NCBI GenBank assembly: GCA_003554585.1
Contig: PWGV01000163.1
Coordinates: 6,071 to 70,070, forward strand
Source: Halobacteroidaceae bacterium
Lineage (GTDB): Bacteria > Bacillota > Halanaerobiia > B1SED10-174
Direction of reading: 5' to 3'
Length of the DNA: 64,000 nucleotides
Shown here: positions 63,775-64,000 of the stretch, in pieces
Layout of the letters: the number at the start of each line of letters is the position of its first letter
Numbering within the stretch: the first letter of the stretch is position 1
Translations under genes and position numbers: made by a program
Notes under the pieces: generated by a model
Seen by the model: only the letters and a program-made list of their open reading frames with translations
Databases searched by the model: none
Told to the model about the DNA's origin: nothing

Positions 63775-63787
63775 GGAGGTGGAAGAA

Positions 63788-64000
63788 ATGAGGAAAATTA
63801 TCCATATAGAAGGTATGAGCTGCGGTGGTTGTGTTGCCCGGGTAAAAAAAGCCCTGGAGGGCATTCCGGGAATAGAATCGGTTAATGTAGAACTGGAAGC
63901 CAAACGGGCAGAGGTTACCGGTCCGGAAGAGGTTCTGCAGGAAGAACAACTCCGGGAAGCAATAAGCAAACTGGGTTATACGGTTAAGGGAGTTGATTGA
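63788..64000 (+). CDS. copZ: HMA-domain copper chaperone CopZ
   Basis: IEGMSCGGCVARVKKAL motif. The stop TGA ends exactly at the window edge. Confidence 0.85.
   Translation: MRKIIHIEGMSCGGCVARVKKALEGIPGIESVNVELEAKRAEVTGPEEVLQEEQLREAISKLGYTVKGVD

Overview
Almost fully coding 64-kb window from an anaerobe that looks thermophile-like. The lineage cannot be assigned by eye. An Omp85-type barrel together with csaB/tagA suggests a diderm envelope with SLH-type anchoring.

Gene content, left to right:
- 35-7064: a cell-envelope block with a DUF5693-like membrane protein, csaB, a TagA-like glycosyltransferase, a YitT-like protein, an S41 protease and a GT4 glycosyltransferase.
- 7152-12000: uvrB-uvrA behind a promoter carrying an SOS-box-like site.
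- 12135-14346: a membrane S41-like peptidase and a decayed chemoreceptor remnant.
- 14534-39719: a ~25-kb anaerobic purine/urate-type catabolic cluster. It holds ygeY, ygeW, two PLP enzymes, an XRE-cupin regulator, hyuA, two amidohydrolases including ssnA, two NCS2 permeases, a three-subunit xanthine-dehydrogenase-type enzyme, an XdhD-like fused Mo hydroxylase, a PreT/PreA-like pair, adenine deaminase and mocA-yqeB-yqeC. One of the permeases is interrupted by an in-frame TGA.
- 39784-46026: an amino-acid ABC transporter, a ROK glucokinase, an NTPase plus methyltransferase on the minus strand, and xdhC.
- 46041-47867: uvrC, only 14 nt downstream of xdhC.
- 47927-51565: a DUF2089 / SHOCT / DUF4097 / DUF360 (liaX-like) operon behind a consensus promoter.
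- 51638-52651: a small ferredoxin missing from the ORF track, and a methyltransferase.
- 52693-60380, minus strand: the most unusual locus. A Moco-type riboswitch-like leader with terminator/antiterminator logic precedes an 8-gene operon. The operon encodes exported SUOX-fold (molybdopterin-binding-like) domain proteins, an ECF S-component-like domain fused to a surface nucleotide pyrophosphatase, two ECF ATPases, EcfT, a MobB-like NTPase and a class V aminotransferase. I interpret it as a candidate molybdenum-cofactor/molybdopterin salvage importer.
- 60488-64000: a C45 hydrolase-TPR protein coupled to a one-POTRA Omp85 barrel, then csoR-copZ.

I saw no rRNA, tRNA, CRISPR array or transposase/integrase gene.
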